Assembly (NCBI GenBank): GCA_964016885.1 | Contig: OZ024752.1 | Coordinates: 41,850,001 to 41,914,000 of the forward strand | Direction: 5' to 3' | DNA from: Eledone cirrhosa | Taxonomy: Eukaryota | DNA: 64,000 bases | Shown here: piece by piece, positions 1 through 13,958 of the stretch | Position numbering within the stretch: the stretch's first letter is position 1 | Layout: the number at the start of each line of letters is the position of its first letter | Translations under genes and position numbers: made by a program | The notes under the pieces: generated by a model | Told to the model about the DNA's origin: nothing | Databases searched by the model: none | Seen by the model: the letters and a program-made list of their open reading frames with translations, nothing else

Positions 1-659
1 GACCTTCTTCCGATACTGCCAATCCCACCGCCCTTAATATAGTTTCAATATAATAAAACCCCCCCAAAAAGCTATTATTATCTTTAATATATGCTGAAGC
101 ATATAGACAATATGCCCCCACACCCCCCACACAAGGTGGTCGTGGAGGTGCCACGGCAAAAAAGCACCCAGCCCACACTGTAAAGTGGACGTGTAGGCGC
201 CACGAAAAAGCACCCAGCACTCACTGTAAACGAGGTTGGTGTTAGGAAGGGCATCCAGCTGTAGAAATCAAGCCAGAATCAGTTCCCGTATGAGCAAGGC
301 ATGGTCAGCCGACCGGACACTGCCCACAACAGGACAACCCGTCTAACCCATGCTAGCGTGGAAGAACGGACGTAAAACGGTGATGATGATGATGATGATA
401 TATATATGAATGAAAAATTCGGGACCCCGACAGCTGAGCTCCTGGCGTTTCAACAGCTAGAGCCGAACTATATATATATTTTGAATATGTGTGTATTTCT
501 ATTTCCATCTTCATCCTTACAGAAGAGCAGCAAGTACAGGTTAGTTTGGTGAACGGTATTCACTAATGGAATATATATAAACTATTAAAAGAAAGCTTCT
601 GCCCACAACAGGACAACCCGTCTAATCCATGCTAGCGTGGAAGAACAGACGTAAAACGG

Positions 660-702
<43 letters not shown>

Positions 703-762
703 TGATAAACATTTCTTTCTTGAAATATAAACAGAAAATATTAATAAAAGGAATAAACTTAC

Positions 763-942
763 TTTCAAATCTCTCAAGGTCCTCCTCAGTATATGAGCTC
801 CGATTAACAGCCGGGGTCCCTAGTCGTGTCCGATATCTACTGTATAACTCCTTTTGACCAATCTGCTCAGCTTTGCCATGTAACATAGCCAATAAGCTGC
901 TATATTTGTCACTGTCCAATGGCAGCTCCCGATCACAAAAAC
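763..942 (-). CDS. Internal coding exon (180 nt, phase 1/1) of an unidentified minus-strand gene
   Basis: Acceptor ttgtgtgtctttcttcAG, donor AAA|GTAAGT; open frame (G)FCDRELPLDSDKYSSLLAMLHGKAEQIGQKELYSRYRTRLGTPAVNRSSYTEEDLERFE; non-repetitive island; gene presumably continues left of the window. Confidence 0.85.
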
Positions 943-1023
943 CTGAAGAAAGACACACAAATATGAAGGTAGCTATATATATATAAAAAAACAAATATAT
1001 ATGTTTATATACACACACACAGA

Positions 1024-1092
<69 letters not shown>

Positions 1093-1147
1093 CATCATCA
1101 TCATCATCATCATCATTTTACGTCCGCTTTTCCCTGCTTGCAAGGGT

Positions 1148-1202
<55 letters not shown>

Positions 1203-1267
1203 CGAAGGAGGTGTGGTAAGGAACCAGATGGACCATAACGCACCAGAGTACTCAATACTTAGGGTAG

Positions 1268-1302
<35 letters not shown>

Positions 1303-1817
1303 ACTGGACCGAGATCTTTGGCGCTACACAGTAATAGAGAAGACCCGCCTTACCTAAGTGCAAAGTGAAACCTACTACAGTCAGTAGGCATCTCTAACAA
1401 AATACACCCCCGTCCCACTACCCCCACCCCATCTACACCACCCCTTTCAATGTAAAGTTATGTTGGTACTACAACATCCAGCCCGAAACAAACGAGGTCG
1501 TGTAGGTGTCACGACAAAAAAACACACAGTCCACGCTGTAATGTGGCCGTGTAGGTAACACGGTAAAAACCTCCCAGCCCCACACTGTAAATGTGGTTGG
1601 TGTTAGGAAGGGCATCCAGCCGTAGAAAACCCGCCAGACAGTCCTATACGAGCAAGACAACCACTCTTGTCTCAAGTGGGAAAACTCCCGTCCAAACTCA
1701 TGCAAGCGTGGAATATGGACGTTAAACGAGGATGATGATGATGATGATTATGATGATGATATATATATACAACCCTTGCTAGCAGGGAGAATCGATGTTA
1801 AATGATAGAGATCATTA

Positions 1818-1851
<34 letters not shown>

Positions 1852-1903
1852 GAAAAAAACAAGGAAGTTTCATTTACATATGAAAAATATTTATTGCCTA
1901 TCG

Positions 1904-1995
1904 ACCTGTTATGTGTATTTTGCAGAGAATTGGTTCATGGTAACCCATAGGAGTTATGGACCTGACTCCAGTATCGATCTGCTCCTCAGACTGGT
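1904..1995 (-). ncRNA. Degenerate hammerhead remnant (GAAA mutated to AAAA)
   Basis: ACCAGT-CTGAGGA-GCAGA..long insert..TCTGC-AAAA-TACACA-TA-ACAGGT then AATAAA. Confidence 0.35.
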
Positions 1996-2877
1996 GATGC
2001 AACAAAAGATTTTTTTTTTTGTGGTATGTGGGCTGAGAAAGTATCATCATGATCATAATCATTTTACGTCCGCTTTTCCCTGCTTGCAAGGGTGGGACGG
2101 GAACTGCTTCTGGCTTGATTTCTACAGCTGGATGCCCTTCCTAACACCAACCTCATTTACAGTGAGTGCTGGGTGCTTTTTTACCGTGACGGCTACATGA
2201 CCCCTCTACAGTGAGTGCTGGGTGCTTTTTTGCCGTGACGGCTACATGACCACTTTACAGTGAGTGCTGGGTGCTTTTTTGCCGTGACGGCTACATGACC
2301 ACTCTACAGTGAGTGCTGGGTCCCTTTTTACTGTGGCACCTCCACGACCACTTTACAGTGGAATAATAGGGACCCCAGTCCCTATCATCTCATTTCTACA
2401 GCTGAGTAAACTGGAGCAACGTGAAATAAAGTGTCTTGTTCAAGGAAACAACACATCACCCGGTCTGAGATGTGTTGTTTCCTTGAGCAAAAAAGCATAT
2501 ATATCATTATCATCATCATCATCATCATCATCAATCTTTATTTAACATTCATCTTCCACGTTAGCATGGGTAGGACTATATATATATATATATTCAATAA
2601 ATTGAAGTATGGAAAAGTAGAACATGTCTTCATATTTATTAAGATACTAATACTCCATTGGGTTAGTACCCAATTAGTCTATGTAATCACAGATCTTAGT
2701 TAGAGAAGTACAACAACGTGGAGTCCTTAATGCTGATTACATCAGAGTTTATCGATTGTGCTAATGCAAGTGCAATATTGCTCATTAATTAAACATTGAA
2801 ATAAGACAACTATATGCATGTATATAATTTATTTATATGCATACAAATATATAATATATATATATATATATAATTAT

Positions 2878-2910
<33 letters not shown>

Positions 2911-3348
2911 AGCCGGTATGAATTTTTTTTCTCTCTCTCTCTCTCGTCTGCGACTTCACAGAACTTATGTTTACCGAATCCGCAGACCAGACCCCTTCCT
3001 CCCCCCGTTAGACCTGTGCGAAATTCCTTCCTTGCTCACATTTCAACCAGGTTTGATGGTCTTTATTCTCTCATTCACGATTTCACCGAATTTATATTCA
3101 TAGAAATCTGGGACTTGTCTCTTTCTTCTCACTTTCTGTTGCTTAAACCATTTTGTTTGTTTACCCTAGCGTCCCCTTTATTTACATGTCCCAACGACTT
3201 TTTTTAGACGTTGTTCGCACCAACCTGAGGTATATGGCCCTTAAAGCGATGAAATGCCTAGGACGGTTGGAGGGTCACTGATGAAGGACTTACTTTTTCA
3301 TATGCACCACCATTTGCAACGCCGCAGCTCCATTACTATCATATTTAC

Positions 3349-3410
<62 letters not shown>

Positions 3411-3429
3411 TATATATATATACACACAA

Positions 3430-3486
<57 letters not shown>

Positions 3487-3589
3487 TTGAAGATTTTTTG
3501 AAATGATGAATAAGAAAATATTTCAGCTTTAACATCTTCACACAAACACATGAAATATTTATAAATGTGTAAATTCTGACAATTCTTCA

Positions 3590-4066
3590 CATACCGCCAC
3601 CAACACCAACACCACCACCATTAATACCACCATCATCACCAGCACCACCACCACCATCATCACCACCACCACCACCACCGCCACCAGCATCACCACCACC
3701 ACTGCCACCAACACCAACACTGGCACCAACACCACCACAATCATCACCACCACCACCAGCACCACCAACACCATTAACACCAACACCACCACCACCATCA
3801 CCACCACTATCACCAACACCAACACCATTAATACCAACACTGGCACCACCACCACCACCAGCACCACCAACACCACCACCAACAACAACACCATTAACAC
3901 CAACACCACCACCACCACTATCACCAACACCAACACTATTAATACCGACACTGGCACCACCACCACCACCACCATTCACACCACCACCATTAACACCACC
4001 ACCACCACCACCACCACCACCACCACTATCACCAACACCAACACTATTAATACCAACACTGTCACC

Positions 4067-4098
<32 letters not shown>

Positions 4099-4500
4099 CA
4101 ACCACACCACCACCACCACCACCACTATCACCAACACCAACACTGGCACCACCACTAACAACAACAACAACCACACCACCACCACCACCACCACCACTAT
4201 CACCAACACTATTAATACCGACACTGGCACTACCACCACCACCACCACCACCATTCACACCACCACCATTAACACCAACACCACCACCATCACCAACACC
4301 AACACTATTAATACCACCACCACCACCACCACCACCACTATCACCAACACCAACACTATTAATACCGACACTGGCACCACCACCACCACCACCACCACCA
4401 CCACCACCACCACCACCACCACCACCACCACCGCCACTATCACCAACACCAACACTATTAATACCACCACCACCAACACTGTCACCACCACCACCATCAC
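3590..4500. repeat. (CCA)n-based compound repeat
   Basis: Direct inspection; similar tracts at 7402-8322, 28600-29065, 37305-37800. Confidence 0.95.
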
Positions 4501-4769
4501 ATATCTATCTATTTATCTCCATGGTTATTTCCAATATCAGTGATTCCAGGCTGTGAGTGGTAGAGATAGGGCTGTGTGGAACTGTGAATGTTACAATTAA
4601 CAGAAGGTAAATATTATGGACGGATGTGGTGCATTAGTAGGAAATGGAGAGGGAGGGGATCATTTCTATATCTATGTCTGCAGGTTAACAAAGGTGGAAG
4701 GATCCAGAAATATTCATTAACACCTTTACTACCGTATTATTACTACCGTATTATTTCTGCCATGCTATC

Positions 4770-5318
4770 CAGCATAGTTATGTCCCTTTACGATCTGAGT
4801 TCAAATCCCGCCGAAGTTTACTTTGCCTATCATCCTTACGGGGTCGATAAAAAAAAGTACCAGTAATGCACTGAGGTAATTGCTGGCCTTGTGCCAAAAG
4901 TATAAACAATTATTTCTACCAGGCGGTGGATTGGCAGTATCGGTAGAGGGTCGGACGCCATGCTTTGACGCATAGAGTTACGGCCCTTGCCATTCTGAGT
5001 TCAAATCCCGCCGAGGTTTACTTTGACTTTCATCCTTACGGGGGTCGATAAAACAAAGTACCAGTAATACACTGGGTAATTGCTGGCCTTGTGCCTAAAG
5101 TAGAAACAAAATTATTTCTACCAGGCGGTGGATTGGCAGTATCGGTAGAGGGTCGGACGCCATGCTTTGATGCATAGAGTTACGGCCCTTGCCATTCTGA
5201 GTTCAAATCCCGCCGAGATTTACTTTGACTTTCATCATTACGGGGGTCGATAAAACAAAGTACCAGTAATACACTGAGGTAATTGATGGCCTTGTGCCTA
5301 AAGTAGAAACAATTATTT
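4770..5318 (+). mobile_element. Tandem trimer of ~200-bp tRNA-derived SINE family 2
   Basis: A box TGGCAGTATCGG, B box GAGTTCAAATCC, core ctttcatccttacggggtcgataaaa (resembles the Meta-type central domain), AT-rich tail. Confidence 0.85.
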
Positions 5319-6029
5319 CTAATGAAAGACTGCCTATAATTTTAATTTTCAAGTAATTCTGAAAGTAATCAAGAATTTGGTGAGATTTAGTGATATAACA
5401 ACCTTTCTTATTTTCATTCTGAATATAAATAACAAAGGTGCTTACATAAAATGATGATGGAATGTTTTTAGATAAATATAAACACTTTAAAATAAACAAT
5501 CTTGTATTGTAGAACCAGGTGTGGTTAGTCTCAGGGAGACTGGTATTACTGAGATAGTACTTCAGCAATGTGGAGGCACGTGGCCCAATGGTAGGGATGT
5601 AAGACTGTTGTGTTCTTGAGCAAAACACTTCATTTCACGTTGCTCCAATATACTCAGCTAAAAACAAGTACCAGCAATAGCTAGGGGTTTAACCCTGCTA
5701 TGGACTGGCATCCTCTCCAGGGGGAAGTCTTGTACCTACAATCGCTTCATGCCATGAGCACCAGACTTAACTCCAGCAATGTAAAGACATTGTGTGGTTA
5801 GTTTCAAGGAGTTTGGTATCAAATGGATTACTGAGATAAAACTCCAGCAATGTAAAAGACACTATAAAGCAGGCATGGGTAACCTTTTTCGAGAAGCGGG
5901 TCGCATGAGATACGGCTTATCATCAGGCGGGCCACATGCACTAATTTACATTCGTGCCCACATTAAAAAAAAGGGGTGGTAACTCAAGTTGTTTTGATTT
6001 GTTTCTTCAGAATTCGTACAAGTTGTTTT

Positions 6030-7085
6030 CCTTGTATTATACTGTAAGTGGCTGAATATCCTATAGACACATATACCATTAACATATACCATTAACATGA
6101 TTCTCAGGGAGATTCAGTATAACACAGTCTACGATAAGGCCAGCCCTTTGAATTATAGGTCCAGTCTACCTTGTATTATACTGTAAGTGGCTGAATATTC
6201 TATAGACACATATACCATTAACATGATTCTCAGGGAGATTCAGTATAACACAGTCTACGATAAGGCCAGCCCTTTGAATTATAGGTCCAGTCTACCTTGT
6301 ATTATACTGTAAGTGGCTGAATATTCTATAGACACATATACCATTAACATGGTTCTCAGGGAGATTCAGTATAACACAGTCTATGATAGACACATATACC
6401 ATTAACATGATTCTCAGGGAGATTCAGTATAACACAGTCTATGATAGACACATATACCATTAACATGATTCTCAGGGAGATTCAGTATAACACAGTCTAT
6501 GATAGACACATATACCATTAACATGATTCTCAGGGAGATTCAGTATAACACAGTCTATGATAGACACATATACCATTAACATGATTCTCAGGGAGATTCA
6601 GTATAACACAGTCTATGATAGACACATATACCATTAACATGATTCTCAGGGAGATTCAGTATAACACAGTCTATGATAGACACATATACCATTAATATGA
6701 TTCTCAGGGAGATTCAGTATAACACAGTCTATGATAGACACATATACCATTAACATGATTCTCAGGGAGATTCAGTATAACACAGTCTATGATAGACACA
6801 TATACCATTAACATGATTCTCAGGGAGATTCAGTATAACACAGTCTATGATAGACACATATACCATTAATATGATTCTCAGGGAGATTCAGTATAACACA
6901 GTCTATGATAGACACATATACCATTAACATGATTCTCAGGGAGATTCAGTATAACACAGTCTATGATAGACACATATACCATTAACATGATTCTCAGGGA
7001 GATTCAGTATAACACAGTCTATGATAGACACATATACCATTAACATGATTCTCAGGGAGATTCAGTATAACACAGTCTATGATAA
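6030..7085. repeat. Minisatellite: about three ~123-bp units, then about 13 58-bp units, inside a minus-strand SINE-like repeat
   Basis: Unit atagacacatataccattaacatgattctcagggagattcagtataacacagtctatg; degenerate SINE head at 7170-7225. Confidence 0.9.
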
Positions 7086-7401
7086 GGCCAGGTTTTTGAA
7101 TTACAAGAACAATTTATTTTTGCAGGCCTAGAGCCAGGAAAAATAAAGTGTCTAGCTACATTGTCCTGCCAAGAAATTGAACTCCTGTCCTTGTGACCCC
7201 TAACCACTAAGCTACATACCTTCACAAAAATAAGATAGTATTGTTCATAGGATATGTTCCCTGTTGGCCCAGTGCCATTCATTTATATAGAGGAGGGCAA
7301 GGAAGGACTGGCAAAACTGGAGATAATTCCTATGAAATTGACCCAGTTCTTCGCTGATATATTTGCTCTATCAACCCTAATGAGATAAAAGGAAACAGTA
7401 G

Positions 7402-8322
7402 CACCCCACCACCACATACCACCACAGCCGCCACCACAGCTGCCAGCACCACCACTATTACCACCACCACCACATACCACCACCACCACATACCACCGCC
7501 GCCAGCACCACCACTATTACCACCATCACCGCCACCATCACCACCACTACCACCACCATACTACCACCACCACCACCACCATAGTACCACCGCCACTGCC
7601 ACCGCCACCACCACCACGACCACCATACCACCATACTACCACCATATTACAACCACCACCACCACCACCATACCACCACCACCTTACTACCACCACCACC
7701 ATACTACCACCATACCACCTCCACCTTACTACCACCATACCACCACCACCTTACTACCACCACCACCACCATACTACCACCCACCATACTACCACCATAC
7801 CCCCACCACCTTACTACCACCACCACCACCACCACCATACTACCACCATACTACCACCACCATACCCCCACCACCTTACTACCACCACCACCACCATACT
7901 ACCACCATACCACCACCACCTTACTACCACCACCACCACCACCATAGTACCACCATACTACCACCACCATACTACCACCACCACCACCATACTACAACCA
8001 TACTACCACCATACCACCACCACCTTACTACCACCACCACCATACCACCATACTACCACCACCATACTACCACCATACTACCACCACCATACCACCACCA
8101 CCACCATACCACCACCACCACCACCACCATACCACCACCACCACCACCACCACCACCACCACCACACCACCACCACCACCACCACCACCACCACACCACC
8201 ACCACCACCACCACCACCACCACACCACCACCACCACCACCACCACCACCACACCACCACCACCACCACCACCACCACCACACCACCACCACCACCACCA
8301 CCACCACCACCACCACCACCAC
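7402..8322. repeat. (CCA)n/(CCATA) compound repeat
   Basis: Direct inspection. Confidence 0.95.
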
Positions 8323-8567
8323 ATTGTAGTATAGTTCGACATTGAAGTGGATGAAACCAATTATTGGAAAGCTTTTTAATCAAATAATTTTTTTACACCC
8401 TTGCAATTATTCTGTCTATAAAATATTACACACTTAGAACTACTAATATACCCACATATATACATATATATATATATACATATATATATACATACATTTG
8501 CACATACATATATACATACATATATACATATTTACATACATACATGCATATATACATACATATATAC

Positions 8568-8600
<33 letters not shown>

Positions 8601-8647
8601 CATATTTACATACATACATGCATATATATATACATATATATATATAT

Positions 8648-9063
8648 GGTGGCTGCCAACTCGTTTTCGAGTACGGCCACTACTTTATACTTTATATCCA
8701 TGTAGGAGAACTCCTACCGATGCGCTGAACGAGTGTGATATTTTAGTCCAGCTAGCGACTTGAAAACACTGGTACAAACACTACACTTGTGACAATTATT
8801 GACACATAGTGCTGGGCCCATGGTACCATGTGACGACAAGTGCAGAGAGATCTCCAGATATAAAGCAATGCCTGTGCCGTGAAGCTTTTATAGTGAGCAA
8901 AGGCACTGCACAAAGCCAGTCCCACTCTCTTAACCAAGATGATATTTACCAAAAAGAAGAACAAGTCAACATCATTGGATACCATCAGGGTTGCAGGTGT
9001 TATATCAGAGTTTTCCTTCTCCTAGAATTCTGCCTTTACAAAGGCTAAGGGGTCATCTCTCCC
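8648..9063 (-). mobile_element. 5'-truncated copy of the 12022 family
   Basis: Near-identical sequence. Confidence 0.8.
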
Positions 9064-9290
9064 TATACATACATACATGCATATATATATATACATACAT
9101 ATATACATACATACATATATATATATATATACATACATATATACATACATACATATATATATATACATATATATATATACATACATATATACATATTTAC
9201 ATACATACATGCATATATATACATACATATATACATACATATATATATATATACATGCATACATATATATACATACATACATACATATAT

Positions 9291-9364
<74 letters not shown>

Positions 9365-10442
9365 GCATACATAGACATACATTCATACATACAAAAAATC
9401 TATTAACAGACACATACACACATACACAGAGATACATACACGGACATATATATATACACACATAGACACTGACATATACATACATACAAACATACACATG
9501 CATACAGATACACATACATACAAACATACACAGGCATACAGTTACACATACATACAAACATACACAGACATACAGATACACATACACATACACATGCATA
9601 CAGATACACATACATACACATGCATACAGATACACATACATACACATACACAGGCATGCATCCATACACACATACACCAACATATATACATACATACATA
9701 TATACATACACATACACACATATACGCATGTGTACACATGTATAGCAACATACATAAATGCTTAAGGAAATATGTATATGGTCATTCTACCTGCTAGAAA
9801 TGATAGTCAAAACTATCTGAAACTACAGCCTACCCTCTTAAAAAGGGAAAAACACATCTCGCTTATATATGGTCACATGTTCCACCAAGAGCACAGGAGA
9901 GGCTGTCATGTCTATGACAGAACAGGTATCATCATCATCATCATGATCATCATCGTTTAACGTCCGGTCTTCCATGCTAGCATGGGTTAGACGGGTTGTC
10001 CTGTTGTGGGAAGTGTCCGGTCGGTTGACCTTTTCTTGTTCATACGGGAACTGATTCTGGCTTGATTTCTACAGCTGGATGCCCTTCCTAACACCAACCT
10101 TATTTACAGTGAGTGCTGGGTGTTTTTTTTTTCTGTGGCGCCTACGTGTCCACTTTACAATGTGGGCTGGGTGCTTTTTTTCCGTGGCGCCTACGTGTCC
10201 ACTTTACAGTGTGGGCTGGGTGCTTTTTTGCTGTGGTACCTCCACGACTACTTTGCAGTGGAATGATAGGGACCCAGTCCCTATCATCTCATTTCTACAG
10301 CTGAGTAAACTGGAGCAATGTGAAATAAAGTGTCTTGCTCAAGGAAACAACACATCACCCGGTCTGAGAATTGAACTCACAACCTTTCGATTGCAAGCCC
10401 AATGCTCTAACCACTAAGCCTTCATTGTAATTAGCTACTTAC

Positions 10443-10493
10443 CTTGGAATTTCAGATACGTCTCAGTTTCAAACCCATCAGGTGGTCTGAGAT
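10443..10493 (-). CDS. Coding exon (51 nt, phase 1/1) of the same gene
   Basis: Acceptor tttagtctttgtatttcAG, donor AAG|GTAAGT; encodes (D)LRPPDGFETETYLKFQ(G) and joins in frame to 763-942. Confidence 0.75.
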
Positions 10494-10877
10494 CTGAAAT
10501 ACAAAGACTAAAGTTTAATCCTTTCATTAACATTAACAAATTTCTAATGAAATAAATAGACTGCCAATGATTTTCAAAACATTTTCAAAACATTTTCAAA
10601 ATAATCAAGAATTTGAAGAGATTTAGTAATAAACTAACCCCAAAATGTATAATATTGGAAAAATTGTATAATATTGGAAAAAGACAACCCCTTTCAGTTA
10701 CAAATGACCATAGGAATTCCACACAGAAAGTTCCCTTCCAAGGCACAAGTCCAGACAAGGTTGTTTGTGGAAGACCAGCAGTTTGTGGAAGACACACCAG
10801 TCTCCCCTCTCCATGCCACTGATGTTGATTGGCCTCAGTTTAAACCGAGCTGATGATCTGACCAAGGTGAAACAATT

Positions 10878-11218
10878 CATTTCATCATTTCATGTCCGCT
10901 TTTTCCCTGCTTGCAAGGGTGGGACGGGAACTGATTCTGGCTTGATTTCTACAGCTGGATGCCCTTCCTAACACCAACCTCATTTACAGTGAGTGCTGGG
11001 TGCTTTTTTGCCGTGGCACCTCCACGACCACTTTGCAGTAGAAATGAGATGATAGGGACTGGGGTCCCTATCATCTCATTTCTACAGCTGAGTAAACTGG
11101 AGCAATGTGAAATAAAGTGTCTTGCTCAAGGAAACAACACATCACCCAGTCTGAGAATTGAACTCACAACCTTTCGATTGCAAGGCCAATGCTCTAACCA
11201 CTAAGCCATGTGCCTCCA
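10878..11218 (-). mobile_element. SINE family 1 (tail A)
   Basis: Full length, inverted relative to a partial plus copy at 11340-11560. Confidence 0.9.
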
Positions 11219-11720
11219 TAATTGTTCTCAGAAATGGTGAACTAACTGTTGTGGAACTACTTCTACCAAACTCGTCCCATGGACTGAGTGCTCTACTACT
11301 ACAGATATATCCCACCAGTGTTCTACTACTATATACATATGTAAAGTGGTTGTGGAGGTGCCACAGAAAAAAAAGCACCCAGCACTCACTGTAAAGGAGG
11401 TTGGTGTTAGGAAGGGCATCCAGCTGTAGAAATCAAGCCAGAATCAGTTCCTGTATGAGTGAGACAAGGTCATCCGACCTGGCACTGCCCGCAACAGGAC
11501 AACCCGTCTAACCCATGCTAGCGTGGAAGAATGGACATAAAAGGATGATGATGATGATGATATATATATATAGCATCACCATCACCATCACCAGAAACAA
11601 CACCACCATTAGCAGCCATACATTTGATCCACGTAAAACCTAATCCATCTTCCAATTCTACAGTCACAATCAGTTTGTTAATTAACTTAGACAACAGATA
11701 GCTCCACTAGACAACACCTC

Positions 11721-11752
<32 letters not shown>

Positions 11753-12021
11753 ATCTTCTTACAAACTCAATTTATTTCAGTAACATTACCAAGAAGGCAA
11801 AGGCTGATGTACTATTACATCTGTGTGTATGTGTGTGCATGTGTATACATACATACATGTGTATATGCATGCATTCATACATACATGCATGCATACATAC
11901 ATACATACATACATACATACATACATGTGTATATGCATGCATACATACATACATACATACATACATACATACATGCATGTATATATACATACATACATAC
12001 ATACATACATACATGCATACA

Positions 12022-12597
12022 TGGTGGCTGCCAACTCGTTTTCGAGTACGGCCACTACTTTATATCCATGTAGGAGAACCCCTACCGATGCGCTGAACGA
12101 GTGTGACTTTTTAGTCCAGCCAGCGACTTGAAAACTCTGGTACAAACACTACACCTGTGACAATTACTGACACATAGTGCTGGGCCCATGGTACCATGTG
12201 AGGACAAGTGCAGAGAGATCTCCAGATATAAAGCAATGCCTGTGCCGTGAAGCTTTTATAGTGAGCAAAGGCACTGCACAAAGCCAGTCCCACTCTCTTA
12301 ACCAAGATGATATTTACCAAAAAGAAGAACAAGTCAACATCATTGGATACCATCAAGGTTGCAGGTGTTATATCAGAGTTTTCCTTCTCCTAGAATTCTG
12401 CCTTGACAAAGGCTAAGGGGTCATCTCTCCCGGTGATTTTGGATGGCCATTGACTCTTAAGAGCTCCTTTGCCCTTTGACAGGTTTTGTTTTTAGTCCTG
12501 CAGGATGTCCAAAGTCACCCTCCTCACCAAGAAACCTTGGTGGGGTTGCCAGTTTAGTCGCCAACGACCCGACCATGAGACAGGTTGTACTGGGATA
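12022..12597 (-). mobile_element. Non-coding retroposon ending in (TGTA)n, longest of four copies
   Basis: Copies 8648-9063, 12022-12597, 12656-12920 and 51966-52382 share the left end next to TA/TACA repeats and differ at the right end, consistent with 5' truncation on the minus strand. Confidence 0.75.
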
Positions 12598-12655
12598 CAT
12601 ACATACATACATACATACATACATACATGCATGTATATATACATACATGCATACA

Positions 12656-12920
12656 TGGTGGCTGCCAACTCGTTTTCGAGTACAGCCACTACTTTATATC
12701 CATTTAGGAGAACCCCTACTGATGCGCTGAACGAGTGTGACTTTTTAGTCCAGCCAGCGACTTGAAAACTCTGGTACAAACACTACACTTGTGACAATTA
12801 CTGACACATAGTGCTGGGCCCATGGTACCATGTGACGACAAGTGCAGAGAGATCTCCAGATATAAAGCAATGCCTGGGACTGGCTTTGTGCAGTGCCTTT
12901 GCTCACTATAAAAGCTTCAC
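12656..12920 (-). mobile_element. Copy of the 12022 family with 5' inversion
   Basis: 12876-12920 is the reverse complement of the next family segment. Confidence 0.8.
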
Positions 12921-13135
12921 ATGCATACATACATGCATACATACATACATGCATACATGCATACATATATACATGCATGCATATATACATGCATGCATAC
13001 ATATATATATATATATACATGCATATATATATAACGGCGATGAATTAGTTTTGCGAGGTTTTTTATATGAAATCGTGTGTCGAAACAAATATTGTTATAC
13101 TTGGGGAGGGTCATATTTGTGTAATATTGCCAGAA

Positions 13136-13178
<43 letters not shown>

Positions 13179-13359
13179 AAGCTTAGCAAACTATCAACTC
13201 GCTTTGTTGAAAAATCATAGCTATGTCATAAGAAAATGAATAATTAAATATATATATATAAATGAAGTAATTCCGTCGGAAAGGTACAGGAAAAAAGGTA
13301 CGAAGATGTATACTTTCTCACATAAGTGTATTAGCGTCTTACAGACAGCAACATAAATG

Positions 13360-13958
13360 AATTGAGAGAGAGACTGAGCATAAGAGGAATCAAATGCTGC
13401 GTGCAGGAGAGGCGGTTACGCTGGTATGGACATGTGATGCGTATGAAGGATGACAGCTGCATAAAAAGGTGCAGAGCACTAGAAGTTGATGGAAACCGCG
13501 GAGTGGGGAGACCCAAGATGACTTGGGATGAGGTGATAAAAGCCGACCTTACCCAACTACACCTCTCAAAGTCAATGACACACGACCGTGACTTCTGGCG
13601 TCACGCAGTAATACAGGGTACCCGACCTCCCATGGGTACATGCTGAAGCATATAAACAATATGCCCCCCCCCCCCCCCCCCCACCGCAAGGTGGCCGTGG
13701 AGGTGCCACGGCAAAAAAGCACCCAGCCCACACTGTAAAGTGGTCGTGTAGGCGCCACGAAAAAGCACCCAGCACTCACTGTAAATGAGGTTGGTGTTAG
13801 GAAGGGCATCCAGCTGTAGAAATCAAGCCAGATCAGTTCCTGTATGAGCAAGGCATGGTCAGCCGACCAGACACTGCCCACAACAGGACAACCCGTCTAA
13901 CCCATGCTAGCGTGGAAGAACGGACGTAAAACGGTGATGATGATGATGATGATGATGA
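13360..13958 (+). mobile_element. RTE LINE 3' fragment whose 3' region carries the SINE middle domain and tail B
   Basis: RRLRWYGHVMRM..GRPKMTWDEV..DRDFWR, then ggttggtgttaggaagggcatccagctgtagaaa and (TGA)n; shorter copies at 95-398, 29641-29855(-), 45010-45215, 47333-47627(-), 49457-50189, 60844-61238. Confidence 0.85.

Noticed and set aside
523-539. Plus-strand 17-nt micro-exon (ttacAG..CAG|GTTAGT)
   Set aside because: Not frame-preserving, no partner exons found, and lies next to a repeat remnant
3559-4500. Long Gly/Val-rich ORFs, and [15 protein letters not shown] ORFs throughout
   Set aside because: Translations of stop-free microsatellites with no supporting splice or codon evidence
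5869-5935. CTGATGA..GAAA on the minus strand
   Set aside because: No stem II or stem I pairing; sequence looks like an hAT-type terminal remnant
6326-7085. CRISPR-like regular array (also 25.7-28.3 kb and 49.6-50.0 kb)
   Set aside because: No unique spacers, eukaryotic context, no cas genes
7220-7377. Possible minus-strand exon with GTATGT donor
   Set aside because: Stops in all three frames, and the donor lies in a degenerate SINE head
8809-9048. Recurrent 79-aa ORF MLGPWYH.. and the recurrent MPFLTPTSF.. ORFs
   Set aside because: They recur only because they lie inside multi-copy non-coding retroposons
10845-10877. CTGATGA..GAAACAATT
   Set aside because: Weak stem II and the 3' side is replaced by a SINE tail, so it cannot be supported as an HHR
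13030-13100. HHR-like TATAAC..GATGA..GAAAC..GTTATA, and similar hints at 3220-3270, 13300-13345, 25008-25050, 53860-53912
   Set aside because: Multiple core violations; at best very decayed remnants
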